This document shows, piece by piece, positions 8,515 to 15,985 of a stretch of 28,926 nt of DNA. The stretch spans positions 1 through 28,926 of the IMG/VR virus record IMGVR_UViG_3300007345_000180, one strand, 5' to 3'. The DNA comes from a virus (lineage: Duplodnaviria; Caudoviricetes). How positions within the stretch are numbered: position 1 is the first letter of the stretch; each line of letters begins with the position of its first letter. A program made the position numbers and the translations under genes. A model generated the notes under the pieces. That model did not search any database. It had not been told where the DNA came from and saw only the letters and a list, made by a program, of their open reading frames with translations.

Positions 8515-9318
8515 TCACATAAACAAACCGCCAATGCTGTAATCCCCTAGTTCTCGACATTTTCTGGCCGCTGAAATCGCTCTATCGAACGAGCCCACCA
8601 TCCCAGGTGTTTCAAACTCTTCGCTTTCAATTAGCTTGGTATGATATGGATCTTCTTTTTGCACAAAGCCAAACACAAACCTGAAATCTGAAGGCTTGTG
8701 GCCAAGTGCGGAAGCCAGCAGACGTTTATAAGCCACCGACTGCCAACCATACTTAAACCGCATCCCAGACTCGAAGGCCGTTGTAATGTCACCTGTGGTC
8801 TTCAGATCGAAGATCAACTTGTCGCCATCCCAGGCGTCCATCTTCCCCTGGAATTTGACTCCTTCGAGAGTTCCTCGGATAGCCCACTCAACACGATTAC
8901 AGGCCCTAATCAAGTCACCCATCTCTGGGTCGGCCCTACAAGCTTGAGCTATATTTAGAGTTGTTTTGTATTCTTCCTCATTAATTGTTCTCCAGATGTT
9001 GTATTCGTTTTCTCTACAGAATTTCTCCCAAGATTTTGTCTCTCTCCCAAATGACTTCCCAGTCTTGGGGTTAATATGATCGGCAACGCTGAAGTTGTCG
9101 TTAAATGCATCATTACCCTCCAAGGTGAGACAGTGAATTGCTTGACCCATAATTAAGTGCGTTTTAGGGACTTCAAAATCACTGCGATTTGCTAAGTATG
9201 CTTCAAACGTCGTCGCGTCGTCGTAAAACCTTTTTAACAGGCTCACCGACATCATTTCGCCGTAAGAACCGTAATACTCCCTGTCGCTTATATTCTCAAC
9301 CTTCGCTTGTGTCTCCAC
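8515..9318 (-). CDS. PD-(D/E)XK exonuclease (RecE/exonuclease VIII, DUF3799-like)
   Basis: S.S.LK, MGQAIHCLTLE, QGKMD, DLKTT, Y..Q...Y and F.FVQKE.PY motifs. Confidence 0.85.
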   Translation of the reverse strand: METQAKVENISDREYYGSYGEMMSVSLLKRFYDDATTFEAYLANRSDFEVPKTHLIMGQAIHCLTLEGNDAFNDNFSVADHINPKTGKSFGRETKSWEKFCRENEYNIWRTINEEEYKTTLNIAQACRADPEMGDLIRACNRVEWAIRGTLEGVKFQGKMDAWDGDKLIFDLKTTGDITTAFESGMRFKYGWQSVAYKRLLASALGHKPSDFRFVFGFVQKEDPYHTKLIESEEFETPGMVGSFDRAISAARKCRELGDYSIGGLFM

Positions 9319-9589
9319 AGCAACCTCCGCAATATCCAGTCAGGGAACACCCGCCACATCTCGTGCTTTCCCTACAGTCATCCTTATATTCTTCAGCGAC
9401 ATCTCTCGCGGCACGGTACATCGCGATCTTCATTTCCATTCGCATGTTGATTACACCAACATCTCCGAGCTTCCCAAAAACTTGTTCGTCGAGTCCGTCT
9501 AGTTTAATTAAATAGTCAACAGCTTCCTCGATTGAATTTGCAGCTGCACACGCAAGGCTAATTTCCAGCTGGGAATTTTGCTTTTTCAT
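9296..9589 (-). CDS. Hypothetical protein with Cys-rich C-terminus
   Basis: ORF in operon. Ends CRESTRCGGCSLTGYCGGCC. Confidence 0.6.
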   Translation of the reverse strand: MKKQNSQLEISLACAAANSIEEAVDYLIKLDGLDEQVFGKLGDVGVINMRMEMKIAMYRAARDVAEEYKDDCRESTRCGGCSLTGYCGGCCGDTSEG

Positions 9590-9917
9590 AGTCTTCTTTC
9601 AACTTTTTTGGGTAATTTTTCAAAACATATTTCAAAAACTGATTGGTTGTTTTCATTGAGGCGATGGGGCGTTGATCATCCTCAGACTTCCATCCCCAAT
9701 CGGTCACGCATCTATCCATCCCGAGAGTGATCATGCAGACTCCCAGAAGGGTTGTCAATATTGAATTCTCGGTCGTGACCTCCCCAATTTCACTGTCAAT
9801 TTCAAGTGCCATTGAAGCAGCATCATTAACTAAATCATTCGCATCCGAACTGTCATTAATGCCGCACATTTCACAAAACTCAAATAATATCTTTCTTCCT
9901 TGATCGTTGGATTTCAT
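9558..9917 (-). CDS. Hypothetical protein
   Basis: GGAG upstream of ATG. Operon packing. Confidence 0.7.
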   Translation of the reverse strand: MKSNDQGRKILFEFCEMCGINDSSDANDLVNDAASMALEIDSEIGEVTTENSILTTLLGVCMITLGMDRCVTDWGWKSEDDQRPIASMKTTNQFLKYVLKNYPKKLKEDYEKAKFPAGN

Positions 9918-9918
9918 A

Positions 9919-10248
9919 TTAATCTCCCGAATCTACTCTAAAGCTGACTTTAGCTGTCATGGAATACCTAACCTTAACACCTCGCCCTTCGGAGATGGTG
10001 TTAAACTTATGTCCGGCATCAAGCATCGCTTTAAATCTATCAAATTCCCTATCTGCCCAACCATTCATATATCCAAGATACTCATGATCTGGGTCGGCCA
10101 TCAAATCCATTAGTTCATTTTCCATTTTCCAAATCCTCCGTATTCGTCTGTTTTCAGGCAGGCATTCTTTAGCCATTCTTTCTTGTTTCCTGCTTCTATT
10201 TAAAAATTGTTCATAACTTTCGCCTGTATCTTTTAATTCAAATGGCAT
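9919..10248 (-). CDS. Hypothetical protein
   Basis: AGGAGGT Shine-Dalgarno directly upstream of ATG 10248. Confidence 0.75.
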   Translation of the reverse strand: MPFELKDTGESYEQFLNRSRKQERMAKECLPENRRIRRIWKMENELMDLMADPDHEYLGYMNGWADREFDRFKAMLDAGHKFNTISEGRGVKVRYSMTAKVSFRVDSGD

Positions 10249-10253
10249 ACCTC

Positions 10254-10364
10254 CTACTCCCAGTTATCGATATCTTCATATTCAGAAATGTACTCATACC
10301 AATCATCAAACCATTGACAAAAATCATCACAGCACTCTTCGTAATAAAATTCCATTTCTATCAT
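10254..10364 (-). CDS. Small acidic/aromatic peptide, 36 aa (33 aa if started at 10355), not in ORF track
   Basis: MIEMEFYYEECCDDFCQWFDDWYEYISEYEDIDNWE*. It fills the gap between two operon genes, and its stop overlaps the next Shine-Dalgarno. Confidence 0.65.
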   Translation of the reverse strand: MIEMEFYYEECCDDFCQWFDDWYEYISEYEDIDNWE

Positions 10365-10365
10365 C

Positions 10366-11217
10366 CTAAAAGTACAAGTGAAGGTGTTCAACACCCAGAT
10401 TCATTTCGTAACCACACCCAGTGTTCGGTATCTCGTCACCATGCGGTGGCACTGGGGTCGTGAAGTCAGGTTTTTCTCTATCAGAATAATAGGTTCCTCG
10501 GTGGTCAACCCAGTCGTTTGTGTTGTGGCCTCCAGATTGGGCTATGCGTTCCTGTTGCTTCCTTGCAGAAGGAAAACTATATTGATGACCCATAAACCAC
10601 ATAATAGAGCCTAATCTTATATTGACAGGTGCGAGAGTATGTTCCATCCGCCTGCAATGTCTCTCAATGCTTCTCCGTCTATATTTGACTTGGTCACGAG
10701 ATAATCCGGTAAGGTTACTTATTGGAATCTCCTGCTCACCCGCCAGCAAGCACTCAAAGATTGTCCTGTAATCTTCGCCAAATAAATCTCCGATGTCAAT
10801 AGCGGCGATGTGGGCATCCGATCCCGGACCAATATCAACAGAAACCACCGACGACATGTTGTTAGCTGTTATCTCCTCGCCCTGCAAATCATCGTCATTT
10901 GATTTTCCCCAAATCTCCTCCATGTTAGGCAATGTCGACTCCCAAGTGCCATCATCATCCTTCTCAATCCTGCCTTGGTTGCTGAGAACTTCAACCAGTG
11001 TTTTTGTAAATGGACGAAACTTTTTCTTGATGACAAACTCAATGTAAACATCATTTAGTGCGTCGTCAACTCCATAGGAGGCGTCTGCACATTTTGAATC
11101 CAGAATCTTCTGGAATCTCTGAATTAACCTCCTTGCAGTAATCTTGCATTTTTTTCCACATGCCGCCTCAGAATCCCTTATCAGTGTTTTGGCATAAGAG
11201 ACAGTTTCATTGTTCAT
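10366..11217 (-). CDS. Sigma-70/ECF-like transcription factor
   Basis: Region-2-like DDALNDVYIEF and region-4-like HTH (YRTIFECLLAG...ISNLTGLSRDQVKYRRRSI). First gene of the left operon, with an AAGGAG Shine-Dalgarno. Confidence 0.55.
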   Translation of the reverse strand: MNNETVSYAKTLIRDSEAACGKKCKITARRLIQRFQKILDSKCADASYGVDDALNDVYIEFVIKKKFRPFTKTLVEVLSNQGRIEKDDDGTWESTLPNMEEIWGKSNDDDLQGEEITANNMSSVVSVDIGPGSDAHIAAIDIGDLFGEDYRTIFECLLAGEQEIPISNLTGLSRDQVKYRRRSIERHCRRMEHTLAPVNIRLGSIMWFMGHQYSFPSARKQQERIAQSGGHNTNDWVDHRGTYYSDREKPDFTTPVPPHGDEIPNTGCGYEMNLGVEHLHLYF

Positions 11218-11230
11218 TTAACTCTCCTTC

Positions 11231-11268
11231 CCTATCTAACTATATACGGGTGATTGTCGCTATTTGGG
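11231..11268 (-). promoter_or_regulatory. Leftward copy of a 38-bp motif (candidate promoter)
   Basis: The minus strand reads CCCAAAtagcGACAATcaCCCGTATATAgttagATAGG and ends just before the Shine-Dalgarno of the sigma-like gene. Confidence 0.65.
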
Positions 11269-11445
11269 CGACGATTTTATTTTTTCTTTCATGATTATCG
11301 ACCAAAGATTCTTGCTTCTACATCAATTGTCCTGAATACAGGGTTTTCACTAGGTTTGATAACTTGCACGCATTATTCCTCCCCCCAGTTGAGGGTCGTT
11401 AATGGCAAATTTCATGCCAATCTTCATTTTTTTAAATTTTAATTA

Positions 11446-11483
11446 CCCAAAATCAGACAATGCCCCGTATATAATATAATAGG
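11446..11483 (+). promoter_or_regulatory. Rightward copy of the 38-bp motif (candidate promoter)
   Basis: CCCAAAatcaGACAATgcCCCGTATATAatataATAGG. Ungapped match (28/38) to the leftward copy. Confidence 0.65.
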
Positions 11484-11526
11484 AGGGAGGGAGGAGTGAG
11501 CTTTAGCGAGCGACGACCGACCGACT
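11481..11526 (+). other. Hairpin with five tandem G·A pairs
   Basis: AGGAGGGAGGGAGGAGTGAGC-TTTA-GCGAGCGACGACCGACCGACT. All 21 stem positions are Watson-Crick, G-U or part of a tandem GA/AG pair. Confidence 0.6.
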
Positions 11527-11588
11527 TGAATTGTACATTTATTTCAATCCTCTAGCAAGTGGAATATCTGTGCATGATGATTGACTAA

Positions 11589-11711
11589 AGCTGCTGTGGC
11601 CATCCCAGGCTGCGGCAGCTATCTAAACTGGGATGTTCCTAGCGGGTGCAGGGGCGGCGTTTGAGCCCCTGCAATGGTTAGCACTTTAGGGGGAAGGGTT
11701 GGGATACCCAA
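11589..11711 (+). ncRNA. Structured 5' leader / candidate ncRNA
   Basis: 13-bp stem 11589-11620 with G-U pairs. CATCCCAG (11601-11608, covering the loop) is complementary to CTGGGATG (11628-11635). Perfect 9-bp stem 11647-11673. Confidence 0.45.
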
Positions 11712-11726
11712 GAGGAAGGTAATAAA

Positions 11727-12089
11727 ATGAGAGAACTTTTCCGTTATCTGCCGGTTCTTATGGAGATCCTGCCGCACGTAACGCACATGACTGGTAAGGA
11801 CTGCCCAATGGAAGAAAAGGCAGAACATGTCATGCAAATCCTGGCCATTCTGGCCGATCAAACCGATACTGAGCTGGACGATCTGATTATTGATCGTGTT
11901 GCTGAGTTGGTCAAATCAGATCAGTTTTGGGACACTATTGAGAGGATTCTATCTGCATTCCGGGATGATCCAAAGGAATTTGGGGCTGTACTTCAAGAGG
12001 AAAGGAATCTCGATCCAGCTACCATCGCCCTAATTATTGAGGTGGTTGGGCTAGTCATTCGACTATGGAGAGATCGCCGTGATCGATAG
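11727..12089 (+). CDS. Hypothetical protein with C-terminal hydrophobic anchor
   Basis: GAGGAAGG upstream of ATG. C-terminus LDPATIALIIEVVGLVIRLWRDRRDR. Confidence 0.8.
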   Translation: MRELFRYLPVLMEILPHVTHMTGKDCPMEEKAEHVMQILAILADQTDTELDDLIIDRVAELVKSDQFWDTIERILSAFRDDPKEFGAVLQEERNLDPATIALIIEVVGLVIRLWRDRRDR

Positions 12090-12315
12090 TCTTCTTGATT
12101 TTCTTAAAGATCCAGTCTCCTTGGGTCTAATCGGTGTTGCGGCTGCGGTCTTCTTGGGACCGTCAGCGTGGACACTCATCAAAGGTTTGTTGGGAAGGCT
12201 AAAGAAAACAAATAGCACCGGCAAAGTCATCACTGAGCTGCTTGCTCTGAGGGATTCAAATCCCGAAATCAAAGAGGAGCTGAATGCAGCTATCGTAAAA
12301 CTCCTGGGTGAATAA
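12079..12315 (+). CDS. Small membrane protein (holin-like candidate)
   Basis: TM segment VSLGLIGVAAAVFLGPSAWTLI. GGAG Shine-Dalgarno with GTG start. Confidence 0.7.
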   Translation: MIDSLLDFLKDPVSLGLIGVAAAVFLGPSAWTLIKGLLGRLKKTNSTGKVITELLALRDSNPEIKEELNAAIVKLLGE

Positions 12316-12947
12316 TGCGACAACTTCAAATTCTAGTCGTTTTCGTCCTGGTGGCGATTGCGATTATGCGGCACGTAGATATTGGCGTTGAGAGCGGAGA
12401 ACAGGCAATCGCTGGTATTCTTTATGAACTATCAGAAACTGAACTTCCAACTTCATCGCATTACGACGTTGCTCGGAGGAATGCATTGCAAATCATCCGA
12501 AGAGAGCATCCAGAGCTTGAGTTCAGTCCACCTTCATGGTTTATCGAGCTAATGGGGACACTCAGCTCTGCCGATCCCGGAAAGGTGCGTGAAACCTTTC
12601 AGGACGCCTCTGAGAGGCTTGGGGGCGATGAGAGCGACAGAGATTACCAGATCGGTCGGGAGGCTGTTAGAAGGGCTCTGGAGCCACCTGAAGACGACAC
12701 TCCAAACGGAGGGAAATGCGAAGATTGCGATGGGACGGGGAAGGTCGGAGACGGGCGGGTTTTTACAACCTGTCTCGCCTGTGACGGCACGGGAATTCTC
12801 AAACCCAAGAAAGGGGGTGATGAGGTATCTCGCCAGCCAAGCGTTAATGGCAATCGTAGTAGTTGTGATGTCAATTCTAGCAGACCACTGGGACGGTCGA
12901 ATAAAAGCCGCCCAGTGGTCCGTTTTTTACAGAGGGTTTTTAGATGA
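12315..12947 (+). CDS. Signal-anchored protein with DnaJ-type CxxCxGxG zinc-finger pair
   Basis: N-terminal hydrophobic segment, CEDCDGTG and CLACDGTG motifs, and an Arg-rich amphipathic tail RPVVRFLQRVFR. Confidence 0.8.
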   Translation: MRQLQILVVFVLVAIAIMRHVDIGVESGEQAIAGILYELSETELPTSSHYDVARRNALQIIRREHPELEFSPPSWFIELMGTLSSADPGKVRETFQDASERLGGDESDRDYQIGREAVRRALEPPEDDTPNGGKCEDCDGTGKVGDGRVFTTCLACDGTGILKPKKGGDEVSRQPSVNGNRSSCDVNSSRPLGRSNKSRPVVRFLQRVFR

Positions 12948-13894
12948 GTCGATTCGGATGGAAACCCCACCCTGAAGAAGTTGACTGGATCTTGGGAGAT
13001 CCTGATGTTCCGGGCGTATATGGTTTAGGTCCGAACGATTCCAATAGGATTAGGAAATCTCATACTAATAGAGAGCCTTTGCTTCTTACAGATGCCCTAT
13101 TGGCTCTTGAGCCTAATTTCAAGCGTGGGGCACAAAAGATTGGAAGTTGTGTCGCATGGGGATATGAGATTGGAGTTCGTATCGCTCATGCTGTTGATAT
13201 AGTTCTTGATAAAGAGCCCTGGAAGTATGTTGGTGAATTTTCCATAGAAAGCATTTATGGTGGTTCAAGATGTGAAGCCAGGGGGCGAGACTATGCTGGA
13301 TTTAGGGATGGCAGCTTTGGAGCAGCCGCGAGCAAGTTTATAACAAAATGGGGAACGCTTCCTAGAGCGAATTACTCTATTGCCACTGGTAATGCAGAGC
13401 ATGATGTCAGGAAGCATTCTGAAGATAAAACAAAACAATGGGGAGCCTACGGAAATGGTGGGCGATCCGACAAGGGTAAGCTTGACGATGTTGTGAGAGC
13501 CTACCCAGTCAAAGAGGCGGTTATGATAACCGGCTTTGATGACGCAGCGAACGCCATCCTCAATGGGTGGCCTATCCCAGTTTGCTCTGGACAAGGTTTC
13601 ACAAAGACCAGAGATAAAGACGGATTCTGTAGCCCACGAGGCAGCTGGAGCCATTGCATGTGCTTTGTTGGGGTGAGATTCGACAGACCTGGGTTGTTAT
13701 GCATGAATTCTTGGGGGTATTCAAACAAGGGGCCGCACGGGATTGAAACCAACGAGAATGTAATGAAAGCATCGTTTTGGGTTGACGCAAATGTTGCAAC
13801 CAGAATGTTGCGGGGCCAAGACAGTTTTGCCATCACTGGCGTGAATGGCTTAGAACCTAGAGATGTAGATTTTACCACAGATTGGAATTTATAA
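12944..13894 (+). CDS. Papain-family (C1) cysteine peptidase
   Basis: Q..GSCVAWG (oxyanion Q and catalytic C), WSHCMCFVG (catalytic H) and NSWG (catalytic N). Confidence 0.88.
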   Translation: MSRFGWKPHPEEVDWILGDPDVPGVYGLGPNDSNRIRKSHTNREPLLLTDALLALEPNFKRGAQKIGSCVAWGYEIGVRIAHAVDIVLDKEPWKYVGEFSIESIYGGSRCEARGRDYAGFRDGSFGAAASKFITKWGTLPRANYSIATGNAEHDVRKHSEDKTKQWGAYGNGGRSDKGKLDDVVRAYPVKEAVMITGFDDAANAILNGWPIPVCSGQGFTKTRDKDGFCSPRGSWSHCMCFVGVRFDRPGLLCMNSWGYSNKGPHGIETNENVMKASFWVDANVATRMLRGQDSFAITGVNGLEPRDVDFTTDWNL

Positions 13895-14262
13895 TGGCTA
13901 ATGAGATTTCGGTCAGTTCGACCTTCACTATCAATAACAACAACTTGACATACACAAGCACTGAAACTTTCAATGCAAATCAGGCTCTACAAGGTGGGCC
14001 ATCTAACGGCACTCAACAGATTGGAACATCTCACGAGGCGATTGGAGTAACGGATATCACTTCATTAGGATGGGCCGTCTTTAAAAACTTAGACAATACA
14101 AATTATATTGATATTGGGCTAGAAGTTTCAGCCACGTTCTATCCTTTCCTTAGACTTCTTGCTGGTGAATCAGTTGTTGTCAGATTGAGCCCTGCAATTA
14201 CACTTTATGCTCAAGCTAATTCAACTCCTTCGGATTTGCAAACAAGTGCTTTTGAGTTATAA
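13894..14262 (+). CDS. Hypothetical beta-rich (probably virion) protein
   Basis: ATG 13894 overlaps the upstream TAA. Ser/Thr/Asn-rich with a beta-strand pattern. Confidence 0.75.
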   Translation: MANEISVSSTFTINNNNLTYTSTETFNANQALQGGPSNGTQQIGTSHEAIGVTDITSLGWAVFKNLDNTNYIDIGLEVSATFYPFLRLLAGESVVVRLSPAITLYAQANSTPSDLQTSAFEL

Positions 14263-14266
14263 TAAA

Positions 14267-14294
14267 CCTGTTTTCTAATTTGTTAGCGAACAGG
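14267..14294 (+). promoter_or_regulatory. Hairpin overlapping the Shine-Dalgarno of the following gene
   Basis: CCTGTTTTCTAA-TTTG-TTAGCGAACAGG stem (one G-U, one mismatch). The 3' arm includes AGG of the AGGGA SD. No U-tract follows. Confidence 0.4.
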
Positions 14295-14302
14295 GATTCG
14301 TT

Positions 14303-14614
14303 ATGACAGAGATACTTGTTTCATTATTCGGAGCCATCGGGGCCGTAGTTGCAAGCTATTTTTCGTACGCTGCTAATAGGCAGAGTAGGCGTAGCAATGT
14401 GTCGATTGAGCAGATCAACGACGCTGTTAACCATAGGCACAAGACTGGAACTCCCCGATTATACGACATGGTTTTGTCTAACTTTAATAGGGTTGGGCAA
14501 TTGGAAAAATCAGTAAAAGAAATTAAACGTGATATCAAAGACCTGTCACATGTTGTGTCAGTTCACGAAATTGAATTAGATAGCATAGAAGATAAAATAG
14601 AAGGGACCAACTAA
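14303..14614 (+). CDS. N-terminal TM plus coiled-coil protein (holin/lysis-associated candidate)
   Basis: ILVSLFGAIGAVVASYFSY TM, a V.N.H-like middle segment and a C-terminal coiled coil. Confidence 0.7.
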   Translation: MTEILVSLFGAIGAVVASYFSYAANRQSRRSNVSIEQINDAVNHRHKTGTPRLYDMVLSNFNRVGQLEKSVKEIKRDIKDLSHVVSVHEIELDSIEDKIEGTN

Positions 14615-14919
14615 TGGGCAACCTACAAAACTACGAATCAAACGAAATTGGCAAAGCACGCATGGATACTCTCCGACGATTCGGTGGGGACGCCAAGCGA
14701 CTGTGCGATGGCATGTACCAACTAGCGGCTGGCTATGATTCATTCCGCTCACAACTCGATGAAGTCACTGACGCAGAGGACATCGGCTACTCAGATGCAG
14801 CCTTCGATTATTCCGTTGCACAGTGCCTTCCAACTCTTGAAATGCTTACGGCGGAGCAGAAGGTTTGGCTTGATCGGTATCTTGATGGACTGGGTTATCA
14901 ACCTAAACCGCAGGTGTAG
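14614..14919 (+). CDS. Hypothetical protein
   Basis: TAATG coupling with the upstream gene. Confidence 0.75.
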   Translation: MGNLQNYESNEIGKARMDTLRRFGGDAKRLCDGMYQLAAGYDSFRSQLDEVTDAEDIGYSDAAFDYSVAQCLPTLEMLTAEQKVWLDRYLDGLGYQPKPQV

Positions 14920-14923
14920 GTAA

Positions 14924-15982
14924 ATGGCGACTTATTACACATCCTCCACGGCACTTGGCGGCGGCGTTGGGTCGTATGTCGATCCGTTTACGTTGCAGGA
15001 GGGTTTGAACAATGTAGCCAGTGGCGATGAGCTTCGCGTTCTAAATGACGGGACATATAGTCCTTCGTCCACTTTGACCTATTCGCTAGAACCTACGGAT
15101 TTCGTGACAATCAGTGGTCGCAACTCGGCAGATACAGCCTACGAACATGCGACCATTGACGGTACGTTTTTGTCTGGATCTGACATGCTCCAGATGAGCG
15201 GCACTACCTACAATGGGAATAGGACTTATTGGAAAAATTTAATTTTCACAAATTCCACAGTTATTGTCAGGGGGTCATTTTACGGTCGTCAAAACTGGAT
15301 GATAAATTGCCAGTTCATAAACTCGCAGTATGCGTGGCATAGCAACGGATACCAAAACACATTTGTAAATTGTGAATTTGCAAACCTATCGGCAAACGCA
15401 CTCCATGTTGCAAATGAATCTGTTGTGATTGGCTGTTCGTTTCATGACATAAGTGCAAATGCCATGCGGTTATGCAACGGTGCAAAAGTTTACAATTCCG
15501 TTTTTTACGACGTTTCTGGAGATGCAATATATGGCAGTATTTATACTATTTCAGGATGCACGTTTTTTAGAAATTCAATAGATGCCTGCCATGGTGCGTT
15601 TATTGTTGTAGATAATATCTTCTCTGACAGTGGTGGATATGGCATTGATGGTAGTTATATTAGCTACCTTTACTCCAACAATCTTTTCTATAACAACACG
15701 CTTGGCGATGCTAACTTAACAGCGGGCGGGCAAGGAACGGGGCTTAATTCCATAACAGGCCAAGACCCTCTATTTACTAACACAACTGCTGGCTCAGTGG
15801 ATCTTAGCTTGCAGACTGGTTCCCCGGCAATCGGTGCGGGGTTCGTCGGGACAATTCCGGGCAATAACTCAAGTATCGACATGGTGGGTTATTCAGATAT
15901 TGGAGCGTTGCAGTCTCAGGCGTCCACCGGCGGCACTTCCTACACTCCCGCAGCTTCTGCCAAGTTCACCCGTTTGGAATAA
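14924..15982 (+). CDS. Right-handed parallel beta-helix (pectin lyase-like) protein, candidate receptor-binding/decoration protein
   Basis: G.GS..DPF.LQ start, repeated xxNCxFxN rungs and a DPLF...DLSLQ.GSPAIGAG cap. Confidence 0.8.
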   Translation: MATYYTSSTALGGGVGSYVDPFTLQEGLNNVASGDELRVLNDGTYSPSSTLTYSLEPTDFVTISGRNSADTAYEHATIDGTFLSGSDMLQMSGTTYNGNRTYWKNLIFTNSTVIVRGSFYGRQNWMINCQFINSQYAWHSNGYQNTFVNCEFANLSANALHVANESVVIGCSFHDISANAMRLCNGAKVYNSVFYDVSGDAIYGSIYTISGCTFFRNSIDACHGAFIVVDNIFSDSGGYGIDGSYISYLYSNNLFYNNTLGDANLTAGGQGTGLNSITGQDPLFTNTTAGSVDLSLQTGSPAIGAGFVGTIPGNNSSIDMVGYSDIGALQSQASTGGTSYTPAASAKFTRLE

Positions 15983-15985
15983 GAT

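Noticed and set aside
11254-11442. Short ORFs in the divergent intergenic region (plus 62 aa, and tiny minus-strand ORFs after GGAGG near 11380)
   Set aside because: No recognisable product, and they lie between the outward-facing promoter motifs. Evidence is insufficient, though not excluded.
11589-11700. Pistol, hammerhead or tRNA identity for the structured leader
   Set aside because: No CUGAUGA/GAAA core, the pseudoknot connectivity differs from pistol, and there is no cloverleaf or T-loop.
12589-12975. Alternative-frame ORF with a hydrophobic stretch inside 12315-12947 (possible embedded spanin-like gene)
   Set aside because: No N-terminal lipobox or signal peptide and no convincing SD. 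The main frame carries the conserved CxxCxGxG motifs.
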